Below, piece after piece: positions 19,472 to 27,356 of a stretch of 59,730 nucleotides of DNA; position 1 is the first letter of the stretch, and each line of letters opens with the position of its first letter. The notes under the pieces were generated by a model that saw only the letters and a program-made list of their open reading frames with translations, ran no database searches and was not told where the DNA came from. The position numbers and the translations under genes are program-made. The DNA is taken from positions 1-59,730 of the forward strand of contig JAUWHZ010000020.1 of the NCBI GenBank assembly GCA_030605615.1, written 5' to 3'. This DNA comes from Atribacterota bacterium. Lineage in GTDB: Bacteria > Atribacterota > Phoenicimicrobiia > Phoenicimicrobiales > Phoenicimicrobiaceae.

Positions 19472-19506
19472 ATATTCGTATCGCGTATATCGTATCGTGT
19501 ATTGCG
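19472..19506 (+). repeat. heptamer array C (ATATTCG TATCGCG TATATCG TATCGTG TATTGCG)
   Basis: Read directly. Lies in the divergent tmcAL/pta spacer. Confidence 0.7.
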
Positions 19507-19635
19507 TAAAGAAATAGAAATAAAGGTGCCAAGGGAAAAAAGATAGAATAAATAATAGTTAAAACTATTCTTTTCTTTCTCTAAATACCACACCAATGTT
19601 TACACTAATAAATATTAATTAAAAGAAGAACATAA

Positions 19636-20637
19636 ATGAAAATATCTCAATTTATTCGAGAAAAAGCTCAGAAAAATCCCAAGACCATTGTGCTTCCAGA
19701 AGGAGAAGAACCGCGAATGATCAAAGCGGCAGAAACAATTGTTAAAGAGGGTTTTGCAAATCTTATTTTTTTAGGTAGGGAAGAAAAAATTAAATCTAAA
19801 GCAAAAGACCTGGGAATTGAATTTCCCGAGCAAATAAAAATTATTAATCCAAAAGATTCCGATAAAATAAAAGAATATGCTGAATCTTATTATCAATTAC
19901 GCAAAAATAAAGGACTGAGTTTAGATGAAGCTTATCAATTACTTGAAAATCCTCTTTATTTTGGTGCATTAATGGTCTATCATAATGATGCAGATGGTTT
20001 AGTCGCGGGCTCAATTAATTCTACTGGAGATGTTTTTAGACCGGCTTTACAGACCATTAAGACTGCTCCCGGTATAAATATTGTTTCAAGTTCTTTTGTA
20101 ATGGTGATACCTGATTGCCCCTATGGGGATAACGGAGTTATTATATTCGCTGATTGTGCGATAAATCCGGACCCAAATGCTGAACAACTTGCTGATATCG
20201 CAATTGCGAGTGCAGAAACGGGGAAAGTTTTAATAGGTATCGAACCGAAGGTAGCAATATTATCATTTTCCACCAAAGGTAGTGCAAAACATCCTTTAGT
20301 GGATAAAGCAGTTAAGGCTACTAAACTTGCACAAGAAAAAAAACCAGACCTACTTATTGATGGAGAACTGCAAGCTGATGCTGCCTTAATTCAGTCAATT
20401 GGAGAACGAAAGGCACCGAACAGTAAAATTGCAGGGAAGGCCAATGTTTTAATATTTCCAGATTTACAATCGGCAAACATTGCTTATAAATTAGTAGAAA
20501 GATTGGCTAAAGCTGAGGCAATTGGTCCAATATCTCAGGGAATGAGAAAACCAATTAACGATCTTTCTCGGGGTTGTAGTGCAGAAGATATAGTTAATGT
20601 GGTAGCTATTACCGTATTACAAGCAGGCAAAGTATAA
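19636..20637 (+). CDS. pta: phosphate acetyltransferase
   Basis: 333 aa. PTA_PTB family features (IVLPEGEEPR, FADCAINPDPNAEQLADIA, SRGCSAEDIVN). Followed by ackA. Confidence 0.93.
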   Translation: MKISQFIREKAQKNPKTIVLPEGEEPRMIKAAETIVKEGFANLIFLGREEKIKSKAKDLGIEFPEQIKIINPKDSDKIKEYAESYYQLRKNKGLSLDEAYQLLENPLYFGALMVYHNDADGLVAGSINSTGDVFRPALQTIKTAPGINIVSSSFVMVIPDCPYGDNGVIIFADCAINPDPNAEQLADIAIASAETGKVLIGIEPKVAILSFSTKGSAKHPLVDKAVKATKLAQEKKPDLLIDGELQADAALIQSIGERKAPNSKIAGKANVLIFPDLQSANIAYKLVERLAKAEAIGPISQGMRKPINDLSRGCSAEDIVNVVAITVLQAGKV

Positions 20638-20719
20638 TGAATTACTTATAAGTTTGTGATTAATTTTATATATAATTGTTAAGTTTAACCGAAACTATAA
20701 AATTAGGAAGGAAAATTAT

Positions 20720-22063
20720 ATGATTATATTATCTTTAAATTGTGGCAGTTCCTCGGTAAAATATAAACTTTACAATTGGGACAAGAAAGAAATAATTGCC
20801 AAAGGTACAGTAGAAAGAGTTACCGTAGGAAATTCTTTTTGTATTCATAAGGTTAATAATAAAGAAAAGATAACTCTAAAACATAATTGTCCTACTCATA
20901 AGGAAGCTATAAAATTAATAGCAGACAGTCTCATTCATCCTGAGTATGCAGCCATAAAAGATTTATCAGGTATTTCTGCTATTGGCCATAGAGTAGTCCA
21001 TGGTGGTGAAAAATTCTCTAAGTCGGTTATTATTAACCAAGAAGTTCTAAAAACATTTAAAGAGCTTGCAGGACTAGCTCCCTTGCACAATCCCCCCAAT
21101 ATTATGGGTATCGAAGCAGCCATGGAACTTTTACCTGATATTCTCCATATGGCCATTATGGACACTGCCTGGCATCAGACTATACCCTCTTATGTATACA
21201 CTTATGCTGTGCCTTGTGAGTGGTATAAAAAATATGGGATAAGAAGATATGGTTTTCACGGAACTTCTCTTTTATATGTAGCCAAAAGAGCAGCTGTTCT
21301 TCTAAATAAAGATCCCTTTGAGTGTAATTTAATCAGTTGTCACATTGGCAATGGAGTAAGTGTAAATGCAGTAAAGAGCGGTCTATCATATGATACCAGT
21401 ATGGGATTTACCCCCTTAGAAGGAGCAATTATGGGGACCAGAGCAGGAGACCATGATGCTGCCTTAGACTTATATATAATGCAAAAAGAGGGCTATTTAC
21501 CCCAAGAGATGGATAAAATCTTAAATAAAAAAAGTGGGATATTAGGGATAACTGGAAAATATATCGATAGAAGAGATGTGTTAAAGGCAGCTTCTGAAGG
21601 AGATAAAAGGGCCCAATTAGCCATCGAAATGGAAGCCTATAGATTAAAAAAATATATTGGAGCCTATACTGCCGCCTTAGGAAGATTAGATGCACTTATC
21701 TTTACTGCGGGAGTAGGGGAGATGAGTGATATAATCAGAGCAAAAGTATTAGAAGGTTTAGAAATTTTAGGGATTAAATATGACCCCGAAAAAAATAGAT
21801 TAGCCCGAACCAGAAATGCGGAGCTTGACATCTCCTCCGATGACTCTCCAGTAAAGATATTTATTATCCCTACCGATGAAGAATTAGTCTTTGTCGAAGA
21901 TGTAGTCGCTCTATTAGAAGGTACTTATGATTTACACACTAATTTTAGATACACTTTTCAAGACCCAGATTACAAGAATTTAATGAGGGAGAAATCTTTT
22001 GAAAAGGAATGTAAAGAAAATCCAGATTTAGTAAAGATACAGGCTAATAAAAATAACAGATAG
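20720..22063 (+). CDS. ackA: acetate kinase (with about 40-aa C-terminal tail)
   Basis: 447 aa. Motifs LSLNCGSSSVKYKLY, GHRVVHGG, GFHGTS and IPTDEEL. Confidence 0.95.
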   Translation: MIILSLNCGSSSVKYKLYNWDKKEIIAKGTVERVTVGNSFCIHKVNNKEKITLKHNCPTHKEAIKLIADSLIHPEYAAIKDLSGISAIGHRVVHGGEKFSKSVIINQEVLKTFKELAGLAPLHNPPNIMGIEAAMELLPDILHMAIMDTAWHQTIPSYVYTYAVPCEWYKKYGIRRYGFHGTSLLYVAKRAAVLLNKDPFECNLISCHIGNGVSVNAVKSGLSYDTSMGFTPLEGAIMGTRAGDHDAALDLYIMQKEGYLPQEMDKILNKKSGILGITGKYIDRRDVLKAASEGDKRAQLAIEMEAYRLKKYIGAYTAALGRLDALIFTAGVGEMSDIIRAKVLEGLEILGIKYDPEKNRLARTRNAELDISSDDSPVKIFIIPTDEELVFVEDVVALLEGTYDLHTNFRYTFQDPDYKNLMREKSFEKECKENPDLVKIQANKNNR

Positions 22064-22115
22064 AGTAAAACAATTAATACAATATGAAAAATATTTTATA
22101 TTTATTAAAAATAAT

Positions 22116-22144
22116 TTGCATTTTATAGTAAGAAATAATATACT
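22116..22144 (+). promoter_or_regulatory. predicted promoter for rpmF
   Basis: TTGCAT (22116-22121) + 17 nt + TATACT (22139-22144). Confidence 0.5.
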
Positions 22145-22196
22145 TTTAAAGTTATTAAAATATTAAATTGTGTTATAGCATAAGGAGGTATGCGTT

Positions 22197-22391
22197 ATGC
22201 CCATGCCAAAAAGGAAAATATCTAAATCAAGAAGAAATAAAAGACGTACTCATTGGAATTTAAACGAACAAAATTTAGTTGAATGCCCGAGATGTCATGA
22301 GATGAAGTTACCCCACCGAGTTTGTCCCGAATGTGGTTATTACAATGGAAAACAAGTTATATCATCTTCATCGAAAAAAGAAAAAAAATAG
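22197..22391 (+). CDS. rpmF: 50S ribosomal protein L32
   Basis: 64 aa. PKRKISKSRRNKRRTHW plus a CPRC...CPECG zinc ribbon. Confidence 0.92.
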   Translation: MPMPKRKISKSRRNKRRTHWNLNEQNLVECPRCHEMKLPHRVCPECGYYNGKQVISSSSKKEKK

Positions 22392-22424
22392 TAGGTTATA
22401 AATATTTTTAAATAATTGAAAAGA

Positions 22425-22490
22425 TTATAGATATAAAAAGTGTCACAATTAATTTTTTTAAATTGATGGTGGCATTTTTTATATCTATAA
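22425..22490 (+). terminator. long near-perfect palindrome / rho-independent terminator after rpmF
   Basis: 22425-22455 pairs with 22460-22490: 31 positions, 1 mismatch, 3 G-T(U), loop TTTT. The inner hairpin 22440-22475 is followed by T6 (22475-22480). Confidence 0.6.
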
Positions 22491-22499
22491 AAAATATGC

Positions 22500-22528
22500 T
22501 TGATTTATCAAAGATGTTAATGTATACT
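22500..22528 (+). promoter_or_regulatory. predicted promoter of the fapR-plsX-fab operon
   Basis: TTGATT (22500-22505) + 17 nt + TATACT (22523-22528). Confidence 0.55.
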
Positions 22529-22533
22529 TACAA

Positions 22534-22563
22534 TTAATAGTTACTAATAATAGGTACTATTAA
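22534..22563 (+). promoter_or_regulatory. candidate FapR operator (inverted repeat just downstream of the -10)
   Basis: TTAATAGT (22534-22541) and ACTATTAA (22556-22563) are perfect reverse complements. The arms extend to TTAATAGT(T)AC / GTACTATTAA. They contain TAGT.AC/GTACTA half-sites like those I recall for Bacillus FapR boxes. Confidence 0.4.
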
Positions 22564-22590
22564 AAAATATATAAAATAGGTAGATTAAAT

Positions 22591-23199
22591 ATGATAATTC
22601 AAAATTTAAGCAAGATGGAAAGACAAAAAAAGATAAAAGAATATCTCTTAAAGGACCCTTTTTTATCAGATAAAAAACTTGCTGAATTATTTAATTTTAG
22701 TGTACAGACCATAAGATTAGATCGACTCGAGATGGGGATTCCTGAAATGAGAAAGCGTATAATCCAGGTTGCTAAAAATACTTCTTCTATCGATAAAGTA
22801 AAATCTTTAAAAAAAGAAGAAATAATTGGAGAACTAATAGATATAGAGTTAGGCAAGAATGGAATTGCCATTTTAAAAACTACAAAAAGTATGGCCTTTA
22901 ATAGAACGGGAATAATTAGAAGCCATTATATATTTTCTTTAGCTGATTCATTGGCAATTTCAATTATTGATGCGGAAGTAGCCTTGACCGGGATTGCTCG
23001 CTTAAGCTACAAAAAACCTGTATATGCTGGTCAAACTTTGGTAGCCAAAGCAAGGGTTGCTCGCAAAAGGAGCAATAAATTTTTAGTATCAGTTCATGTA
23101 AAGTCTAATCAGAAGGAAGTATTTACTGGAAAATTAATAATTTTTTCAGTTAAAGATAGTTCGAAAAAAGAAGGAGGTATAAATGAAAATAGCTATTGA
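22591..23199 (+). CDS. fapR: fatty acid/phospholipid synthesis transcriptional repressor FapR
   Basis: 202 aa. HTH region LAELFNFSVQTIRLDRLEMGIPEMRKRI and a hot-dog fold C-terminal half. Sits directly upstream of plsX-fabHDG-acpP, as in Bacillus. Confidence 0.88.
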   Translation: MIIQNLSKMERQKKIKEYLLKDPFLSDKKLAELFNFSVQTIRLDRLEMGIPEMRKRIIQVAKNTSSIDKVKSLKKEEIIGELIDIELGKNGIAILKTTKSMAFNRTGIIRSHYIFSLADSLAISIIDAEVALTGIARLSYKKPVYAGQTLVAKARVARKRSNKFLVSVHVKSNQKEVFTGKLIIFSVKDSSKKEGGINENSY

Positions 23200-24160
23200 T
23201 GCTATGGGAGGAGATTATGCACCAGAAGAAGTTGTAAAAGGTGCAGTTTTAGCTTTAGAAGAAAGAAGCTTGGAGATTATTTTGTTAGGTAATGTAGAGA
23301 AAATTAAAGAAGAATTAGAAAAATATAAATTTAAAAAAGATAATCTATCAATTATTAATTGTAAAGAATCAATTGATACGGGTGAGTTTCCTTTAGATGC
23401 CCTACGTACTAAAAAAGATTCTTCTATTTTAGTTGGAATGAATTTATTAAAAAATAATAGAGCCAATGCCTTTATTTCTGCTGGAAATAGTGGAGCGGTT
23501 ATGGTTTCTGCCTTATTAGAATTAGGACGTATTTCTAAAATACGTCGTCCTGCTATTGCTGCTGTTTTACCATCAATAAAAGGAAAAGTAATAATATTAG
23601 ATGTAGGTGCCAATGTAGACTGTAAACCAGAACACTTACTCCAATTTGCCCTTATAGGAAGTAAATATGCAAAATATATTTTAAATATAAAGGATCCAAA
23701 AATAGGATTGCTAAATATAGGTGAAGAAGAAAACAAGGGAAATAAATTTACTCAAAATGCTTACAAAATACTAAAAAATGCTAATGTCAATTTTATGGGA
23801 AACATTGAAGGCAAAGATATTTTTAAAGGAATAATTGACGTAGTAGTATGCGATGGATTTACTGGTAATATAATATTAAAATCCTCTGAAGGATTAGCAA
23901 AAATGCTTTTAATAGAAATTAATAAAAAAATTATTAGTCAACTTCCGCAAAGTCAGGAAATGGGTCAACTACGACAAAATTTTATGGAATTGGTAAAAAG
24001 GACTGATTATACAGAATATGGTGGACTACCATTATTAGGAATAAATGGATTGTGTTTTATATGCCATGGCAGATCTAAATCGAAGACTATTAAAAATGCT
24101 ATTATTAACGCTAGTGATTTTGTAGATGCAAAAATACTTGAGCACTTACAAGAAATTTAA
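23183..24160 (+). CDS. plsX: phosphate acyltransferase PlsX
   Basis: 325 aa. MKIAIDAMGGDYAPEEVVKGA N-terminus and CDGFTGNIILKSSEG. Confidence 0.95.
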   Translation: MKIAIDAMGGDYAPEEVVKGAVLALEERSLEIILLGNVEKIKEELEKYKFKKDNLSIINCKESIDTGEFPLDALRTKKDSSILVGMNLLKNNRANAFISAGNSGAVMVSALLELGRISKIRRPAIAAVLPSIKGKVIILDVGANVDCKPEHLLQFALIGSKYAKYILNIKDPKIGLLNIGEEENKGNKFTQNAYKILKNANVNFMGNIEGKDIFKGIIDVVVCDGFTGNIILKSSEGLAKMLLIEINKKIISQLPQSQEMGQLRQNFMELVKRTDYTEYGGLPLLGINGLCFICHGRSKSKTIKNAIINASDFVDAKILEHLQEI

Positions 24161-24203
24161 TAAGCAATTAATTTAAATAAATATATAAAGGAAAACCTAA
24201 CTA

Positions 24204-25199
24204 ATGAATAAAAATATGCAAAATGTCAAAATAATTGGAACGGGTTCTTATGTTCCTGAAAATGTTTTAACGAATAATGATTTAGAAAAAATGGTAGATA
24301 CCAATGATGAATGGATTATTGCCCGGACAGGAATAAAAGAAAGGCGTATTGCAAAGGATAATGAAACTACATCTGATATTTCATCAAAGGCAGCATTGAG
24401 AGCCTTAGAAAATGCCAAACTTAATCCTGAACAATTAGAACTAATAATTGTCGCTACCAATTCACCAGATATGATATTTCCAGCTACTGCCTGTTTGGTC
24501 CAGGATAAAATAGAAGCCATAAATGCTGCAACCTTTGATTTGCAAGCAGGATGTACTGGCTTTGTATATGGTATGATTACTGCCTGGCAATTTATCGTTT
24601 CTGGTTTTTATAATAATGCTTTAGTGATTGGAGGAGAAACATTATCAAAATTTGTTGATTGGACTGATAGAAATACATGTGTGCTTTTTGGTGATGGAGC
24701 TGGAGCTGTTGTTCTTAAAGCTAATAAAACAGAGGGTATTCTCTCTGGCCATTTAAAAGGGGATGGTTCAGGAGCTGATTTAATAAAAATTCCGGCAGGA
24801 GCTTCTAAAAATCCTACTTCTCACGAAACTATAAAACAAAGATTGCATTATGTAAAGATGAAAGGGAACGGAGTATTTAAATATGCTGTTAAATATATGA
24901 AAAGGTCAACTATAAGTGCATTAGAAAAATGCAACATTTCAGCAACAGATGTAGATTGTTTTATTCCCCATCAAGCAAATATGCGTATTATTGAAGTTGT
25001 TGCCAAGGTTTTAGGAATAAAAAAAGATAAAGTTTTTATAAATTTAGATAAATATGGAAATACTTCAGCAGCTTCGGTGGCAATTGCTCTTGATGAAGCA
25101 GTAAGACAGGGTAAGATACAAAATGGAGATATTGTGGTATTAACTGCATTTGGCGCAGGTCTTACCAGCGGGTCAATTGTTATAAAATGGGTTAAATAA
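24204..25199 (+). CDS. fabH: 3-oxoacyl-ACP synthase III
   Basis: 331 aa. Active-site AGCTGFVYG, PHQANMRI and GNTSAASV. Confidence 0.95.
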   Translation: MNKNMQNVKIIGTGSYVPENVLTNNDLEKMVDTNDEWIIARTGIKERRIAKDNETTSDISSKAALRALENAKLNPEQLELIIVATNSPDMIFPATACLVQDKIEAINAATFDLQAGCTGFVYGMITAWQFIVSGFYNNALVIGGETLSKFVDWTDRNTCVLFGDGAGAVVLKANKTEGILSGHLKGDGSGADLIKIPAGASKNPTSHETIKQRLHYVKMKGNGVFKYAVKYMKRSTISALEKCNISATDVDCFIPHQANMRIIEVVAKVLGIKKDKVFINLDKYGNTSAASVAIALDEAVRQGKIQNGDIVVLTAFGAGLTSGSIVIKWVK

Positions 25200-25240
25200 T
25201 CTTAATGATATTTAAAGTAAAGGGAGTTGCAAAATAGATA

Positions 25241-26191
25241 GTGGTAAAAATTGCATTTGTTTTCCCAGGTCAAGGTTCTCAAAAAGTAGAAATGGGAAAA
25301 GATTTAATAGAAAATTATGAAGAAGCAAAAATATTTTTTGAAAGAGCTAATATGTCTTTAAAAGAAGAAGGTGTTGATATTAGTAAATTATGTTTTATTG
25401 GACCAGAAGAAGAATTAAAAAATACTATTAACGCTCAACCTGCAATTTTAACTATTAGTGTAATTTTGTTTAAATTACTACAAAAGTTTAATATTATGCC
25501 TGTTGCGGTAGCTGGACATAGTTTGGGAGAATATTCAGCTTTAGTAGTTAGTTCTTCTATTAAATTTGAAGATGCAGTGAAATTAGTAAGAAAAAGAGGC
25601 GAATATATGCAGAGTGCTACTCCAATAGGAACTGGTTCAATGTTAGCTATTATTGGCTTAAAGGAAGATGAGATAAGTAAATTATGTGAAGAAATAAGTA
25701 ATTTAGGAATAATAGAAATTGCCAATTATAATTCTCCAACTCAAATTGTAGTTTCGGGTGAAATTAAACCATTAGAAAGATTGTCAATATTAGCAAAAGA
25801 GAAAGGAGCGAAAAAAGTAATATCCCTTAAAGTGAGCGCTCCTTTCCACTCGTCATTGATGAAATTAGCAAAAGTAAATTTAGCAAAATATTTGGAAAGG
25901 GTAGATATCCAAAATCCTCAAATACCGGTAATTTGTAATGTTAACGCTGATTATGTTAGAAACAAAGAGGAAGTTAGGTCCGCCCTAATTGAGCAAATGA
26001 CTCATCCGGTAAGGTGGGTTGATATAATAAATAAAATGAATTCCGAGGGAATTAATCATTTTGTCGAAGTAGGACCGGGTAAGGTTTTAAGAGGATTGAT
26101 TAAACAGATTCTACCCGAGGCGAAGGTATATAATATATTTGATTCATATTCTTTAGAAAAAGTGGTTGAAAAAATCAAGGGGGTCTTATAA
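25241..26191 (+). CDS. fabD: malonyl CoA-ACP transacylase
   Basis: 316 aa. GTG start. FPGQGSQ and GHSLGEYSAL. Confidence 0.95.
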   Translation: MVKIAFVFPGQGSQKVEMGKDLIENYEEAKIFFERANMSLKEEGVDISKLCFIGPEEELKNTINAQPAILTISVILFKLLQKFNIMPVAVAGHSLGEYSALVVSSSIKFEDAVKLVRKRGEYMQSATPIGTGSMLAIIGLKEDEISKLCEEISNLGIIEIANYNSPTQIVVSGEIKPLERLSILAKEKGAKKVISLKVSAPFHSSLMKLAKVNLAKYLERVDIQNPQIPVICNVNADYVRNKEEVRSALIEQMTHPVRWVDIINKMNSEGINHFVEVGPGKVLRGLIKQILPEAKVYNIFDSYSLEKVVEKIKGVL

Positions 26192-26192
26192 A

Positions 26193-26939
26193 ATGGGGCT
26201 ATCTGAGAAAGTTGCCTTGATTACTGGATCAGCTCGAGGAATAGGAAAGGCTATCGCTCTGGAATTGGCTAATCACGGAGCGAATATAGTAATTAATGAT
26301 ATTTTAGTAGAGAATGAGATTAATAAAACTTTAGAAGAAATAAAACAAAGTACCAATAAAGCGATAGGGATAAGGGCAGATATAACCAAATTAGATGAAG
26401 TTGAGAGTATGGTGAAAGAGATAATAAATAAATTTGGGAAGATAGATGTTCTAATAAACAATGCTGGTATTACACGCGATTCTCTATTAATAAGAATGAA
26501 AGAAGGAGACTGGGATACAGTAATAAATGTTAATTTAAAGGGCACTTTTAATTGTTCCAAAACTGTGGCAAAATATATGATGCGAGAAAAAAAAGGTGGT
26601 AAAATAGTTAATATTTCATCAGTTATTGGATTAATTGGTAATATAGGGCAAGCTAATTATGCAGCTTCAAAAGCAGGAATAATAGGACTTACTAAATCCA
26701 TGGCAAAAGAACTTGCCCTGAGGAATATTAATGTAAATGCTATTGCCCCTGGATTTATTGAGACAGATATGACTAAAAAATTACCTGAAAAAGTTAGGCA
26801 AGAACTGCAACAACAAATTCCCTTGAAAAGATTGGGTATCGTGGAAGATGTTGCTAAAGCAGTGTATTTTTTAGTTTCTGATGCATCAAATTATATTACA
26901 GGTCAAGTTATAAATGTAGATGGTGGTATGGTAATGTGA
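26193..26939 (+). CDS. fabG: 3-oxoacyl-ACP reductase
   Basis: SDR motifs TGSARGIGKAIA, NNAG and YAASKAG. Start set to ATG 26193, 1 nt after the fabD stop, with an AAGGGGG SD. The track's TTG 26166 lies inside fabD. Confidence 0.94.
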   Translation: MGLSEKVALITGSARGIGKAIALELANHGANIVINDILVENEINKTLEEIKQSTNKAIGIRADITKLDEVESMVKEIINKFGKIDVLINNAGITRDSLLIRMKEGDWDTVINVNLKGTFNCSKTVAKYMMREKKGGKIVNISSVIGLIGNIGQANYAASKAGIIGLTKSMAKELALRNINVNAIAPGFIETDMTKKLPEKVRQELQQQIPLKRLGIVEDVAKAVYFLVSDASNYITGQVINVDGGMVM

Positions 26940-26957
26940 GAGGAGGTGAAAATTAGA

Positions 26958-27182
26958 ATGGAAGCTATAGATAGAGTAAAAAAGATTATTGTCGATCAAT
27001 TAGGAGTTGATACAAGTAAAATTACAGAGGAATCATCTTTTGTTGACGATCTGGGTGCGGATTCTTTAGATATAGTTGAACTAATAATGGCTTTTGAAGA
27101 AGAATTTGATGTTGAAATCCCGGATGAAGATGCAGAAAAGATTAAGACTGTTGGAGATTCAATTAAGTATTTAAGCAAATAA
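26958..27182 (+). CDS. acpP: acyl carrier protein
   Basis: [11 protein letters not shown] phosphopantetheine site. Start set to ATG 26958 with SD GAGAGGAGGTG at 26938-26948. The track's GTG 26946 adds 4 residues. Confidence 0.95.
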   Translation: MEAIDRVKKIIVDQLGVDTSKITEESSFVDDLGADSLDIVELIMAFEEEFDVEIPDEDAEKIKTVGDSIKYLSK

Positions 27183-27183
27183 G

Positions 27184-27231
27184 AATATAAGTATAAATTC
27201 TGTATAAAATTATTTTTATACTTATATTTTT
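27184..27231 (+). terminator. weak AT-rich hairpin + short T run after acpP (possible attenuating terminator)
   Basis: AATATAAGTATAAA (27184-27197) pairs with TTTATACTTATATT (27215-27228), 14 bp with only 1 G-C, followed by TTT. Confidence 0.35.
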
Positions 27232-27281
27232 AAGAAATAAGTACTGAAAAGAATGATAAGAGATTAAGGTTAATATATATA

Positions 27282-27314
27282 TAATTAAGGGTCGGATATT
27301 CCGATCCTTAATTA
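27282..27314 (+). other. 15-bp stem-loop in the acpP-fabF spacer with no following T tract
   Basis: TAATTAAGGGTCGGA (27282-27296), loop TAT, TCCGATCCTTAATTA (27300-27314). One G-T(U) pair. Confidence 0.5.
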
Positions 27315-27356
27315 AAATTTAAATTCGAGTATTCATTTGAGGAAGGTAAATAACTA

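Noticed and set aside
19461-19517. 18-codon ORF MIVIYSYRVYRIVYCVKK in the tmcAL-pta spacer
   Set aside because: It is generated entirely by reading the heptamer array. It has no SD, and the periodic peptide is a repeat artefact.
23215-23736. 173-aa minus-strand ORF inside plsX, plus similar antisense ORFs (e.g. 1517-1876, 2024-2479, 6499-6900, 38990-39334, 48025-48399)
   Set aside because: All lie fully inside strongly supported + strand genes and lack motifs. Long antisense ORFs are expected in AT-rich genomes with few stop-forming complements.
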